Assembly (NCBI GenBank): GCA_021513715.1
Contig: CP084167.1
Span: 320,001-384,000 of the forward strand
Direction of reading: 5' to 3'
Length of the DNA: 64,000 nucleotides
Source of the DNA: Candidatus Heimdallarchaeum endolithica
Lineage (GTDB): Archaea; Asgardarchaeota; Heimdallarchaeia; Heimdallarchaeales; Heimdallarchaeaceae
The notes beneath the pieces are model-generated. The model was not told where the DNA came from and did not search any database. It was given only the letters and a program-made list of their open reading frames with translations. Below, piece after piece: positions 51,937-62,843 of the stretch; the first letter of the stretch is position 1; each line of letters begins with the position of its first letter. The position numbers were made by a program, and so were the translations under genes.

Positions 51937-52845
51937 TTGAGTAATAATAGAGCTCAAATTATTTTCGTTTCAGTTTTTGTATTTAGTTTTCTTTTTCCAG
52001 CTCTTATTACTTTAGGAGATAAATGTGAAATTTCGATTGAGCCTGGTGATCAATTTGATTATATTATAGGAAAAAACAATGCTTTCTTAGGAACAATTAA
52101 GATTATATCTTCAGATAATTTAACGTTTAATTTTACTCTTAAGCATCAAACAGGTTCTGAAGTTGTAAGTAGAAGGTATGTTCAGAGTATCCTTTTTCAC
52201 TTTATTGGAAAAGGAAACTATACAATCCAAATAAGAAATCTAGGCGAATATACACTTAAAATAAATTTAAGTGTTGAAACTAAAAATCTAAATCAAGAAA
52301 ACTCAGAAAGATACACTACAGATAATGATTCAGTTTGTTGGCAAATTTTAGCAAACAACAAATATAACATTATTTCATTAAAGGATTTAAAATATGGAGA
52401 GTATGATGCATATGTTGACATAATGGGAGGAATAGGAAACATTAAAGTTTATATTACTCAAACTAATCCTGAAGTTGTTGAAGAATGGCTACTTTATTCT
52501 GACGAATATGAAGTTAATACACAAGCTTTTCTCAGAAAATTTACAATTGATAGAGATTCAAAATACTGGATAATTATAAAATCAGAAGATGAAAAAGAGT
52601 ATCAAGTAACATTAACTCTTATTCTTACTAATTTAAAGAAGGATAATGGAACTATCTTCCTTTTGACAGCTGCAGCATTTATAGCTATGTTAACATTATA
52701 TCTCAATAAGTTAAAAAGAAAGCATACTTACAGAAAATCTGCATCTGCTTTGAAAGCAAGAGAAGAAGGATTAGAGCAATTTAAGAGCTTAAGATTGCAA
52801 AGTGCAGAAGAAATATACTCAAATATTAAACTGAAGAAAAGATAA
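51937..52845 (+). CDS. Hypothetical membrane-anchored protein with beta-sandwich ectodomains
   Basis: Signal peptide, beta-rich region, TM near C-terminus, basic tail. Confidence 0.6.
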   Translation: MSNNRAQIIFVSVFVFSFLFPALITLGDKCEISIEPGDQFDYIIGKNNAFLGTIKIISSDNLTFNFTLKHQTGSEVVSRRYVQSILFHFIGKGNYTIQIRNLGEYTLKINLSVETKNLNQENSERYTTDNDSVCWQILANNKYNIISLKDLKYGEYDAYVDIMGGIGNIKVYITQTNPEVVEEWLLYSDEYEVNTQAFLRKFTIDRDSKYWIIIKSEDEKEYQVTLTLILTNLKKDNGTIFLLTAAAFIAMLTLYLNKLKRKHTYRKSASALKAREEGLEQFKSLRLQSAEEIYSNIKLKKR

Positions 52846-52937
52846 ATATTTTTAGAAAAATACTTTATTCTTTATTTTTTTATCTTCTGCAAAAACAGAG
52901 AATAATAGAAAAAAAGAATGAGTAAAAAAGAAAAGAA

Positions 52938-54182
52938 TTAAAATATTTTTAATTCACGACCAATATTCTCGAACTTGCCTAGAGCCATATCCAACTGTTC
53001 TTTTGATAGTCCTGCGTTCATCATAACACGTATTCTTGCTGTTCCTCGAGGAACCATTGGAAACACAATTGGAAGAGCAAATATTCCTTCTTCCATTAAT
53101 CTGTCACTCATTTTTCTTGCAACATCATTTTCTCCACAAATAACAGGAACGATAGCAGTTGGACATTTTGCTGCTGCAGCTGTTATTTCATGATTGAAAC
53201 CAATATTTACGATTTCTTTTTTGAAGTAGCCACAGTTATCTAATAATTTGGCAACAACAGGCTCAAAATGTTTTGATTTTGGATTCAAAACCTCAAGAGC
53301 ACCGATAGCTGCTCCTGCTACAGATGGAGGATGAGAACCACTTAGTAGGTATGAACGAGCAGTATTCTTTAAATACATTGCTAAATCCTTAGATCCAGTA
53401 ATTGCTCCTCCAATTACACCCATAGCCTTAGAATAGGTATTTAATTCAACATGTACTTTTCCTTGCAATCCAAAGTGATCGACTATTCCCTTTCCTTTCT
53501 TATCTTTTCCTAAAACTCCGTCTCCATGAGCATCATCTACATAGATCATTGCTCCATATTCTTCACAAAGTTTCTGTATTTCGTCTAGAGGAGCCATATC
53601 ACCATCCATGGAAAAAACTCCATCTGTGATAACTAGTATTCTTTTTTCACCATTGGGGTCTGCTTTATCTACTTCTTGTAATCTTTTTTCGAGTTCGCCC
53701 ATATCACAGTGCTTGTAAATTAATTTTTGAGTCTTTGTTAATCTTACTCCATCAATAATTGATCCATGGTTTAATTCATCACTGATGATAAAATCATCTT
53801 TTCTAACTAGAGGAGGGATAGCACCTTCATTAGCAATAAACCCACTCATAAATACAACTGCAGCTTCTTGTTCTTTGAACTCTGCATGTTTTTGCTCCCA
53901 TTCTTCATGAATTGCCATATTTCCAGCAATAGCCCTTACAGAACCAGAACCTACACCTAGCTGTTCTACTGCTTCAAGAGCTCTTTTTTTCAAATGAGGG
54001 TGATTACTTAAGTTTAAATAATTATTTGAACACAACATAAGCAGTTTCTTTCCATCTACAACTACTTCAGGAACAGATGGAGTTTCTAGTTTTCTATGAA
54101 CCCATTCTCTTCCTTCTGCCTGAATTTTCTTGTATTCATCAACTAAAAATTGTGTTGGATTTCTTTTTACCATTCTTTTCAC
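52938..54182 (-). CDS. kbl: Glycine C-acetyltransferase / 8-amino-7-oxononanoate synthase family PLP enzyme
   Basis: SNNYL, LNHGSIIDG, DGVFSMDG, DDAHG, TYSKA, ARIR. Confidence 0.8.
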   Translation of the reverse strand: MKRMVKRNPTQFLVDEYKKIQAEGREWVHRKLETPSVPEVVVDGKKLLMLCSNNYLNLSNHPHLKKRALEAVEQLGVGSGSVRAIAGNMAIHEEWEQKHAEFKEQEAAVVFMSGFIANEGAIPPLVRKDDFIISDELNHGSIIDGVRLTKTQKLIYKHCDMGELEKRLQEVDKADPNGEKRILVITDGVFSMDGDMAPLDEIQKLCEEYGAMIYVDDAHGDGVLGKDKKGKGIVDHFGLQGKVHVELNTYSKAMGVIGGAITGSKDLAMYLKNTARSYLLSGSHPPSVAGAAIGALEVLNPKSKHFEPVVAKLLDNCGYFKKEIVNIGFNHEITAAAAKCPTAIVPVICGENDVARKMSDRLMEEGIFALPIVFPMVPRGTARIRVMMNAGLSKEQLDMALGKFENIGRELKIF

Positions 54183-54383
54183 TTCTTTAAATTAATTGAG
54201 TACTTGTCAAAGAAGTATTATATAATCTTTGCTCATTCAACATACTCTATATCATTTGGATAGAATTTCACATCACTTCTATTAATATACACTCAAATCA
54301 ATTTTTAGCTATAAAAATTAAAATAATGCTTATTTAAAAGAAAAAAAATTAAACTTATTATAGATTTATTATCAAGTTTTAGA

Positions 54384-55391
54384 AAGCATGTCCAAAAATT
54401 AATTTTTATTAATGTGGGGGTTTATGTCGGAAGTATGACACATTTCCAGATTTTAGACCCCCACAAAGTAATAGAATTCATAATCATTAATGAACCTTTC
54501 CTTAAGAAACTGGTGAAAGAGGAAACGAGAGAAAGTAAGAGAGGGAGAAAGAGAATAGCAGAAAGAAAGATGGGTAATATTAGCAATAACAATCATTGCA
54601 AGAATAGAAGGGATAGCTTGGAGGAAGTTAGAGGAAAAGTTGTCTCTATGCGCTTTTTTGATAGAAGAGGGGTGGATGAGGAATATTCCTTCTAAATCTA
54701 CTTTTCATGCAGTGTGGAGAGCAACAGAAAGTAAAATCTTAGAGCAGAGGATAATAGATTTAAGGGGCGAAATAGTGAGAAAAAAAGGGTTGAAAGCAAT
54801 ATCGGTGGACAGTTCAGGGTTTAAAATTCGTTAAGCTTCTGTTTGGCGTTTTCTCAAGTGGTTAAGAGGGTCACTAAAGAAAACCGCCAAAATTTTCTGG
54901 AACATACACCTTATTATTGGTTTACCCTCCAGAGCAATAGTCTCCCTAGCTCATTCTAATAGTAACACTTACGATAGTAAAGTCTTCGGTTTGCTATGGC
55001 AGAAACTTCCTCCTGCACTCTTGAGACCTTTTTTGAGATTTTATGGTGACTACCCCTACTTGACAGAAAATATCGTCGGTCTTCTTAGCCAACATTCCTT
55101 TTTTCCTGTTATTCCCCAAAAAAGTAATGCTCGTTATCCCTCTCCTCCTCTTGGATCAATAGTTCAAGCTCATCGTCTCTACCCTGATCTCTATCACCAT
55201 AATCACCACCCGAGTATCGTAGTAGTGTTGAACATGTCTTTGGTTTAGTCTCCTCAAACTCTCTCTTCCCCCATCCTTGATCTTTTACCTTCTACTATTC
55301 TTTCTACTCTTTACAGTTTTCTCCTCTGTTACAACTACCTTTTACTCCTTCGTACCGTTTAGCAGGTGAAAAGGAATTTTAAGACATGCTT
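54384..55391 (+). mobile_element. Degenerate IS5/IS4-like (DDE_Tnp_1) insertion sequence, about 1 kb
   Basis: TIRs AAGCATGTCCAAAAATT / AATTTTAAGACATGCTT (15/17 match); no clear target duplication. Confidence 0.8.
54435..55362 (+). pseudogene. Fragmented DDE transposase
   Basis: Pieces in different frames: PSKSTFH, VDSSG, YDSK, FYGD, YRSSVEHVFG; stop at 54832-54834 and frameshifts. Boundaries approximate. Confidence 0.75.
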
Positions 55392-55726
55392 ATAGTTTAT
55401 TTACTTCAAGACAAAATAATTTAACAAATGAGTATTTTATTTGGAGTTTACAAGCAAATCTAGTAGAAATTGAAAAAAGAAGATTAGAATTTAGTAATGT
55501 ACAAATGTTTTTCAATAGTGGTTCAATTCTTAGACTTATTTTAGGTAGGATTCTCAATGATGAAGGAATAATAGTACTTAATAATCAAAATGATGCAACC
55601 TTGAAACAAATTATTTATTTAAAAGTAAAAAGTATTATTATTATTTAGTTTTTATTTGTTTTTTTGAAGAAATTAGACTACAGCAATTGTAAACCTTTAT
55701 ATATTTAACTTTGTCAGTATCTTTTT

Positions 55727-56569
55727 ATGAAAAATGAAGAATCTTTAATAAATGATTTGAAACTAGGTTTCAGAAAAGTAGGAATTATTTCTATTATAAG
55801 TCTATCTATTTATCTTGCTTTTTCAATTATACAATTTAACTATATTAGTAAAATAACACATGGAATTAATCTTTATTTAGTATCTTTAGCAGGAAATATT
55901 CTTTATTTATTGTTATTAGCTCTGATTTATTTTGTTTTTCTGAACTTAAGAAGTAAGATAAGTAAAATAGAACGGAATAAGGAAAATGTCATATTTAGTA
56001 CATTCACGATAATTGCATTTGTTCTAATATTCTTTGATATTGGATTATATTTAGGTCAATTTTTGTTTAGTTTTTCCAATATGCAAATTTCCAGTATTCT
56101 ATCTATTATTTATGTCATTTTTTACATAATTTTGTTGATAAGTTGCTTTTTTGTATATATTTTCTTTGCACTCTCAATAAATAAAATGAATGGTACAATG
56201 GAAATTGGAGTAATTATCTGGCCAATTGTAATATATGCAATTAGTAAGTCTATTGAAGTAATAATAAAAATTGTAATACAAGTTTTCAATCTAATAGGTG
56301 GCTCTTCTTTAGTTATTTACTCTAGTATAATCTATTCGATCTTTCATTATTTGAATCTGGCTGTTGAAATAATATTTGCTATTAGCATGTTTTTTGTAGC
56401 AAATAATGCAAAAATTTCTTCACTAAACGAAATACCACAGAATGCTCCTTCTTCTTATTCAGGTCCTATAGATAAATCAATGATTCCTCCACAATATTGT
56501 CCTTACTGTGGAACAGAAAATTCTCCTGGCACTAAATTTTGCATAAATTGTGGAAAAGAAATAGATTAG
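55727..56569 (+). CDS. Multi-pass membrane protein with C-terminal zinc ribbon
   Basis: About 6 TM; CPYCG...FCINCG. Confidence 0.75.
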   Translation: MKNEESLINDLKLGFRKVGIISIISLSIYLAFSIIQFNYISKITHGINLYLVSLAGNILYLLLLALIYFVFLNLRSKISKIERNKENVIFSTFTIIAFVLIFFDIGLYLGQFLFSFSNMQISSILSIIYVIFYIILLISCFFVYIFFALSINKMNGTMEIGVIIWPIVIYAISKSIEVIIKIVIQVFNLIGGSSLVIYSSIIYSIFHYLNLAVEIIFAISMFFVANNAKISSLNEIPQNAPSSYSGPIDKSMIPPQYCPYCGTENSPGTKFCINCGKEID

Positions 56570-56699
56570 TCTTTTTTTTTAATCTTTTTTAATAATAACA
56601 ATTAACGGAAAAATAATCTTTGGTCTTCTTTCCTTCATCAATTGCTCTTTTTCTGAATATTTTTCTTTCTAGTTTATATATAAATTTCTTTATTATTTA

Positions 56700-57365
56700 T
56701 TGGGATTACTTGGGGTTGGAACTTTGCTAGGGCCACAATATTTAGAATTTATAAATTTATATGTAAAAATAGTCTTACTATCAATACTTGTAAGAGGAAT
56801 ATTCTTTCTTTTACCTGAAAAAGGATATTACTTTTTTAAAGTAGTTGGAATGATATTTAGATATCCTGTTAAAAGATTGTTTTATTTTATTTATGGAGTA
56901 GAAGTTTATAGAATCGACTGGGAGAAAGTAGAGATTGAGTCAAGCAAGGTTGAGGATTTTGATTGTTTATTTACGACAAATATTATTGCACCATTTATTT
57001 TCTTAAGTTCATTTTCAAGTTTCTTCTTATCCTATGGAAGCGAATTATTCGAACAAAAATATTATTGGTTAGGAGGAATTCTTTATTCAATAGGTTTTAT
57101 AATGGTTAGTTTTAGTATCCCAGACTCAAGTGAAGTAAGAATAGTTTTTGATGCTAATTTCCAGTCAAGTGTAAAATTTTTGTTCAAAATAGTTGCCATT
57201 GGAGCTACTTTATTGTTAATTAACAAATTTTATCCTGATCTTCCTTTTTGGATATCATTGATCATTTTAGGATTTATAATTGTTGTACCGTTATATCATT
57301 ATCATGGTATAAAAGGTAAAGAAAAAGAAAGAAATGTTATAATTACAACTGATCCTTTCTTTTAG
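56700..57365 (+). CDS. Hypothetical membrane protein
   Basis: 221 aa, about 5 TM. Confidence 0.6.
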   Translation: MGLLGVGTLLGPQYLEFINLYVKIVLLSILVRGIFFLLPEKGYYFFKVVGMIFRYPVKRLFYFIYGVEVYRIDWEKVEIESSKVEDFDCLFTTNIIAPFIFLSSFSSFFLSYGSELFEQKYYWLGGILYSIGFIMVSFSIPDSSEVRIVFDANFQSSVKFLFKIVAIGATLLLINKFYPDLPFWISLIILGFIIVVPLYHYHGIKGKEKERNVIITTDPFF

Positions 57366-57370
57366 TTTTT

Positions 57371-59026
57371 TTATGCTTTTTTTACTTTTTTAATAATTAG
57401 AAAGGTTATACTTGTAACTACAATTAAACCTCCAATGATGATACCAATATACAATCCCCAATTTGTTTTTTCAACTTCAGTTTGTGGAACTTTGTAATTA
57501 GGTTCTATTCCTAGAGATTTTATTTCTTCTACACTTAAGAATGTTAAAGTTAGTTCATTGTTTTTTGATGAAATTTCAGAAGTACTATTTTCAACTTTTA
57601 TTGTCCAATCGTATGTTTTTAGTTCTGTTGGAGTGAAACTTAATGTGAATTTTTTGGTTTTTCCAACATCTAGTTTATCTATTGTTTCAGTTGTTTTTTC
57701 TCCAAAAGGGTTAGTAAAATCAACTATTATACTCTCATTTAAATTCTCGGTACCTATGTTGCTAATTGAAATGTCGAAGGAAACAGTTTCATTAACTAAA
57801 ACTTGTTTTAGAGTTTGAACATTATCAATTCGAAGATCAACCCCATTTATTTTATTTATTGTAAAACTATCCATTACTGAATAATCTGTTCTAACTGCTT
57901 GAAAATCAATTTGGTTAGGGGTTGCCCTAATAATTGTTGCATGATTTACAGCTTCAGAATAGATAGACTCAGGAATTATATAATCATCAACAACTTTGTA
58001 TACAGGTGCTCCTGCTCCACCTGTTATTATATAAGTGATATTATTTTTTTCTAACCTTTCGTAATAATGTTCGTGTCCAGTAAAAACTAAATCTACATTA
58101 TATTTTTCAAAAATAGGTACAAAAGTCTCGTTAACATCTTGATAATCACCATTGTGGTATCTACTACCAGAAGAAAAAGGAGGGCGATGCATTAGTACTA
58201 CTTTCCATTTACCTTCTTCAACTTGAGAAAGATCATTTTCTAACCATGTTACTTGTTCATCAAAAGTTCCACCATAATATGGAGCACATGTATGTAAAGC
58301 AGAAAAATGAACTGGACCATAATCAAAAGAGTAGTACTCTTCTTTTCCTGGTAATTCAAACATATTATAATAATTTGAATGATTTTTCTCATGGTTACCT
58401 AAAATAGGCATGAAAGGGTTATTTGAAATAAGAGGATAGAAATCTGCAAACCAATCATACCATTGACTCTTCTCTTTACCACTCTCGACCAAATCTCCAG
58501 TAAAAACGCTAAAATCTGGTTGTATGTAATAAACTGTTTCTATAACTTTTCTCCTGTCTTCTCGTAGAGAACGTGAATCTCCCCAAGCAACAAATCTAGC
58601 GTATTCACCGTTATTTCCTGTCTTAAAAGTGAAATCTTTTGTCCATTCATGTTCCTTTATTCCATTATAAATTCTGTAATGGTAGACTGTATCAGGTTCA
58701 AGATTGGTTAGTTCTACATGGTGATAGATACCTTCTGTACCATTAACTTTGTTACCATAATCACTTGTTTTTCCGTATTCTACAACAGAAGGAGCTATAA
58801 CATTTGTTCTCCAACTAATAACCATTGTAGAAGAAGTGTTATCCTTCCAAGAAAGATGAATATTACGTGCGAATGTATCTGGAATACTATCTGCAGATGA
58901 AAGAGACATTAAAGGAAGTGTTGTAGAAGAGCTCAATAAAAATACTAAAGATAGAAAAATAATCTTTTGTCTTGTTTCCATGGAAAACAAAAATGAAAAA
59001 AATATATTAACTTTTTTAAAAAACAA
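57371..59026 (-). CDS. Membrane-anchored purple acid phosphatase-like metallophosphoesterase (FN3 + Metallophos + CARDB-like)
   Basis: GDSR, TGDL, GNHE, HRP, GHEH; C-terminal TM; start may be 58981. Confidence 0.88.
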   Translation of the reverse strand: MFFKKVNIFFSFLFSMETRQKIIFLSLVFLLSSSTTLPLMSLSSADSIPDTFARNIHLSWKDNTSSTMVISWRTNVIAPSVVEYGKTSDYGNKVNGTEGIYHHVELTNLEPDTVYHYRIYNGIKEHEWTKDFTFKTGNNGEYARFVAWGDSRSLREDRRKVIETVYYIQPDFSVFTGDLVESGKEKSQWYDWFADFYPLISNNPFMPILGNHEKNHSNYYNMFELPGKEEYYSFDYGPVHFSALHTCAPYYGGTFDEQVTWLENDLSQVEEGKWKVVLMHRPPFSSGSRYHNGDYQDVNETFVPIFEKYNVDLVFTGHEHYYERLEKNNITYIITGGAGAPVYKVVDDYIIPESIYSEAVNHATIIRATPNQIDFQAVRTDYSVMDSFTINKINGVDLRIDNVQTLKQVLVNETVSFDISISNIGTENLNESIIVDFTNPFGEKTTETIDKLDVGKTKKFTLSFTPTELKTYDWTIKVENSTSEISSKNNELTLTFLSVEEIKSLGIEPNYKVPQTEVEKTNWGLYIGIIIGGLIVVTSITFLIIKKVKKA

Positions 59027-59212
59027 TTATTGTTCAGCTTCTCTCATTTTAGCCTCTTTAATTAATTTAGCAGCAGCTAGTTTTCTTCTTAATCTAATAT
59101 CTTTAATTGTAGTATTAATTTTTCTTAATCCTATGAATATTAGTAAGAACAAGAAGCCAAATACAGACATTGTTATGAGCATTGATATTATTGGATTTAA
59201 CACGATTGCCAT
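59027..59212 (-). CDS. Small single-TM protein
   Basis: 61 aa; GGTG RBS-like site; TM followed by basic helix. Confidence 0.5.
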   Translation of the reverse strand: MAIVLNPIISMLITMSVFGFLFLLIFIGLRKINTTIKDIRLRRKLAAAKLIKEAKMREAEQ

Positions 59213-59340
59213 TATTTCACACCAATTTCAAAAAAGAAGAAGCATTTTAAAATATTTCGTTGTATCTCGACTTAATATTTGATTTGATATAAAAAGTATA
59301 GATTACACATTTTGTACTTTGTAGCTTCGTTTATAGCTAG

Positions 59341-60744
59341 TTATACTATTTTCTTTTTTCTTTTTCTTTCTAAAATCAAACAAAGTAATGCTAAAATAGT
59401 AGGTTCTATAAATGAAAAAATTTTTGACGTTTTGGTTAAGAGTAAATCTGTATTTTCTGAATAAACTACTTCATTTAGAACATAAATGTCTTTTGAGTTA
59501 GCTTTTCCATCAATTTTATAGTTCTTACCTATAGAGTTTGAGGGATACCAATAATTACCCACTTTTTCATTTTCATTATACCATTTGTTATTAGATCCAT
59601 CATCATAAGCTTGTGATGTTCCATTTAGATTATTATTGATAAAATCATTCAGGTAAATAATAATATTAGAACTATCTTCATCTAGGAAAATAGCATAATT
59701 TTGGTTGAAAATGAAACTGTTTTTACTTATTATAGTGTTTTTTGTGTTGTTAGAAGTTATACCAACATTATTTTCATTAATTAGGTTTTCAGTTACTATA
59801 AAAGCTTCAGAACTGATTAACTGGATTCCAAATTTTTTTGTTTTATAAATAGTATTTCTTGTTAAATTGACTTCTGAGGACTCTTTATTGTATAATCCAA
59901 TTTGACCTTTTTGAATGTAATTTTTTTTAACTTGGATTTTGTAAGCATTTAGTAAAAAAATAGCAAAGTTTTCATTGTTTAGAAAAAAATTCTTTTTTAG
60001 AATGATTTCAAATGACTTATCTGCAAAAATACCATAATTAGTATGAGAACAATTATTTTCTTCAAATACTAAAAATGAACTAGAAGAAACGAAAATCCCT
60101 TGTAAATTATTTGAGATTTCGTTAGAAACACTTTCTATTGAACTACTTGTTGAAATAACCAAACCAAAGTCAGAGTTATCTTTGAGCTCATTATTACTTA
60201 TCAACACATTTTCACAATTGTACAGATATATTCCTGTTCCTCCTTCATAAAATCCAGAAAAGCTGGAAAAAACTTTATTATTTTTGATTATACAGTTTTC
60301 TGCTCCAAATAATTTTATTCCTAAAAGACAATAATAGATATAATTATTTTCAATTTGAATACAGTTTGAATTTTCTATATTTATAGCTATATCTTCACAT
60401 TCTTGAATAGAATTGTTAAGGATTTTTCCTGTATTGTTGGCTACTTTTTCAATAGATATAGCTTTTTTTCCACTTGATAAAAAGTTATTCTGAATGATGA
60501 AATACTTAGTTGTGTTTTTTATATGAATAAGGTCTGAAAAATAACTGATAGATAAATCTTCGATTAAGAATGGATTGTTTTTGCTTCCATTACCTTTAAA
60601 ATTGTATTTAGAAAAATCTTCATCACATAAAATTTCTATTTTTGTCCTAATTACTTCTTTTGGTTTTTGAGCTCTGATTATGCATTTTACATTTGTGATA
60701 ATTAAAATTATTACGAAAAAGTATATTATTACTCTCTTTTTCAT
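59341..60744 (-). CDS. NosD-like parallel beta-helix surface protein
   Basis: Signal peptide, GxGxxxNPFLI, NN repeats, AYDDG...VGNYW, C-terminal TM. Confidence 0.82.
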   Translation of the reverse strand: MKKRVIIYFFVIILIITNVKCIIRAQKPKEVIRTKIEILCDEDFSKYNFKGNGSKNNPFLIEDLSISYFSDLIHIKNTTKYFIIQNNFLSSGKKAISIEKVANNTGKILNNSIQECEDIAINIENSNCIQIENNYIYYCLLGIKLFGAENCIIKNNKVFSSFSGFYEGGTGIYLYNCENVLISNNELKDNSDFGLVISTSSSIESVSNEISNNLQGIFVSSSSFLVFEENNCSHTNYGIFADKSFEIILKKNFFLNNENFAIFLLNAYKIQVKKNYIQKGQIGLYNKESSEVNLTRNTIYKTKKFGIQLISSEAFIVTENLINENNVGITSNNTKNTIISKNSFIFNQNYAIFLDEDSSNIIIYLNDFINNNLNGTSQAYDDGSNNKWYNENEKVGNYWYPSNSIGKNYKIDGKANSKDIYVLNEVVYSENTDLLLTKTSKIFSFIEPTILALLCLILERKRKKKIV

Positions 60745-60802
60745 CTGAATTTCTATTTATTTTATCACTAATAACTTATTTGTTTTTTTGTTTTTTAACA
60801 AG

Positions 60803-60856
60803 TGTTGTGCACATGTGCCACACAACAAGTCCTTTAAAAAATATGAGTATTGGCAC
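60803..60856. promoter_or_regulatory. Candidate operator/promoter of the hydrogenase operon
   Basis: Nested inverted repeats TGTTGTG..CACAACA and GCACATGTGC; GTGCCA..TGGCAC flanks a TTTAAAAA TATA-like box. Confidence 0.45.
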
Positions 60857-60909
60857 TTAAGAAAGCTATTTCTAAATGTATATATGGGTATCAAAGGAGA
60901 GTCTAAAAC

Positions 60910-61944
60910 TTGAGATATGTAAAGTTAAAAAAAGAAAAAATAAAAGAGTTTTTACTTGCTCTTCAGGATTACGGTGAACTTTATGCGCCAATAAAAGTTT
61001 CAGAGAAATATTTTGATTTTAGAAAGATAACAAATGAGCAAGTAGATGAAGTGGTTTTAGATTATAATCGCACTCTTCGCCCTCCTAGAAGGTTTTTCTT
61101 TCCAGAAAAGGAAGTATTATTCACTTTTAACAGTAAAAAAGTAGAAATGTATGAGAATAAAGAAGCTTTTACTTCTGAACCTGTAGTTTTATTTGGGGTG
61201 CATGCTTGTGATATTGTTGGTTTACGAATAATGGATTCAAGGTTTATTGATGACCAACCAGATCCTTATTACCGTGCTAGAAGAGAAAAAGGAATAATAA
61301 TTGGAATTAGTTGTCTACCTGATGAATATTGTTTTTGTAATGTTCGAAGGGCAGAATTTGTAGATAGTGGATTTGATCTTTTTTTGAGTGAGGTAGAAGA
61401 TGGATATGTTATACGTGTAGGGAGTGTGAAAGGGCATAAAATTATTGATGCTACAGAAAACCTCTATGTTGAAGTAACAAAAAAAGACAGCGATGATTTA
61501 ACAGCTTTTGATGTTAAAAAAAGTAAAATGTTTACAGTTTCTGGAAACTGGGATTCTTTAAGATATACTCTTGAACTAAATGATGAACATCCCGTTATTT
61601 GGATGAGAGAAAGTGAAAAGTGTTTGGGTTGTGGGAATTGTACCATTACTTGTCCTACTTGTAGATGTTATGACGTAAAAGATTATCCTAATTTAGACGG
61701 AGAAACTGGTGTAAGAGTAAGAATATGGGATTCATGTCAATTCAGAGAACACGGTTTAGTTGCAGGAGGGCATAATTTTCGACCAACAAAAGAAAGTAGA
61801 TTCAAGAACAGATACATGTGCAAAAATGCTTATTGTAAAGAAGTTACAACAGCATATTGTGTCGGTTGTGGGAGATGTACGTATTTCTGTCCTGCTGGTA
61901 TAAATTACAAACAGAATTTAATTGAGATTAGAGGTGGAATTTAA
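60910..61944 (+). CDS. hydB: Group 3b [NiFe] sulfhydrogenase beta subunit
   Basis: CLGCGNCTITCPTC and CVGCGRCTYFCP; operon context. Confidence 0.9.
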   Translation: MRYVKLKKEKIKEFLLALQDYGELYAPIKVSEKYFDFRKITNEQVDEVVLDYNRTLRPPRRFFFPEKEVLFTFNSKKVEMYENKEAFTSEPVVLFGVHACDIVGLRIMDSRFIDDQPDPYYRARREKGIIIGISCLPDEYCFCNVRRAEFVDSGFDLFLSEVEDGYVIRVGSVKGHKIIDATENLYVEVTKKDSDDLTAFDVKKSKMFTVSGNWDSLRYTLELNDEHPVIWMRESEKCLGCGNCTITCPTCRCYDVKDYPNLDGETGVRVRIWDSCQFREHGLVAGGHNFRPTKESRFKNRYMCKNAYCKEVTTAYCVGCGRCTYFCPAGINYKQNLIEIRGGI

Positions 61945-62831
61945 TGACTGAAGAGTTACATAGAAGATATATTCCTGATGGTCAAGATAACCTGTACGAT
62001 ACACATAAATGTAGAGTACTTCGGGTTTATAAGCAAACTGAAATGGATAAAGTATTTTTATTCAGATTCATAGATCAAGAAGTCGGTAAAAATTGGAAGT
62101 TTAAACCAGGTCAATTTGTGGAAGTATCATTGCCTGGAATAGGAGAGGTACCAATATCAATATGCTCTTCTGCAATGAGAATTGGTTTCTTTCAGTTATG
62201 TATCAGGAAAGCAGGTAGAGTTACAACAAAAATACATGAATTAAAACCTGGAGATATTGTGGGAATAAGAGGACCATACGGTAATGGTTTTCCAATGGAG
62301 AAGTTTTTTGGAAGAAATCTGTTGCTTGTTGCAGCAGGATTAGGAATGGCTCCCTTACGTTCTGTTTTCCTTTATGCAATCGATAATAGATGGAGATTTG
62401 GTGATATAACTATTATTAATTCTGCAAAATATGAAAATGAACTTTTATTTGCAAGAGAATTAGAAGCAATGAGAGACATTGCAGAAGCAGAAAATATACA
62501 AATAATTCAGACAGTAACAAGAGAAGATAGTCCTAATAGATTGAAAGGAAGAGCTTCAGAGCATTTAGATAAAGTAATGATTGATCCAAAAAATAGTACT
62601 GTTGCGTTATGTGGGCCTCCTAGGATGTATAAGAGTATGTTTGAAAAACTAGTTGAAATGAATTATGATCCAAGGAGAATATTTGTGACTTTAGAACGAA
62701 GAATGAAATGTGGTATTGGGAAATGTGGACATTGCAATCTAGGAAACTCAACTTCTTGGAAATATGCTTGTATTGATGGACCTGTTTTCGACTACTATGA
62801 CATTATCAGTACTCCTGGAATGTTAGAATAG
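61944..62831 (+). CDS. hydG: Group 3b hydrogenase gamma subunit (FAD/NAD(P), 2Fe-2S)
   Basis: PGQF, RGPYGNGF, CGPP, MKCGIGKCGHC, CIDGPV. Confidence 0.9.
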   Translation: MTEELHRRYIPDGQDNLYDTHKCRVLRVYKQTEMDKVFLFRFIDQEVGKNWKFKPGQFVEVSLPGIGEVPISICSSAMRIGFFQLCIRKAGRVTTKIHELKPGDIVGIRGPYGNGFPMEKFFGRNLLLVAAGLGMAPLRSVFLYAIDNRWRFGDITIINSAKYENELLFARELEAMRDIAEAENIQIIQTVTREDSPNRLKGRASEHLDKVMIDPKNSTVALCGPPRMYKSMFEKLVEMNYDPRRIFVTLERRMKCGIGKCGHCNLGNSTSWKYACIDGPVFDYYDIISTPGMLE

Positions 62832-62843
62832 GAGGAGGAAAAA

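Noticed and set aside
55391-55648. Open frame of about 85 codons right of the IS5-like element
   Set aside because: No clear start and it cannot be joined convincingly across the IS; at most a gene remnant.
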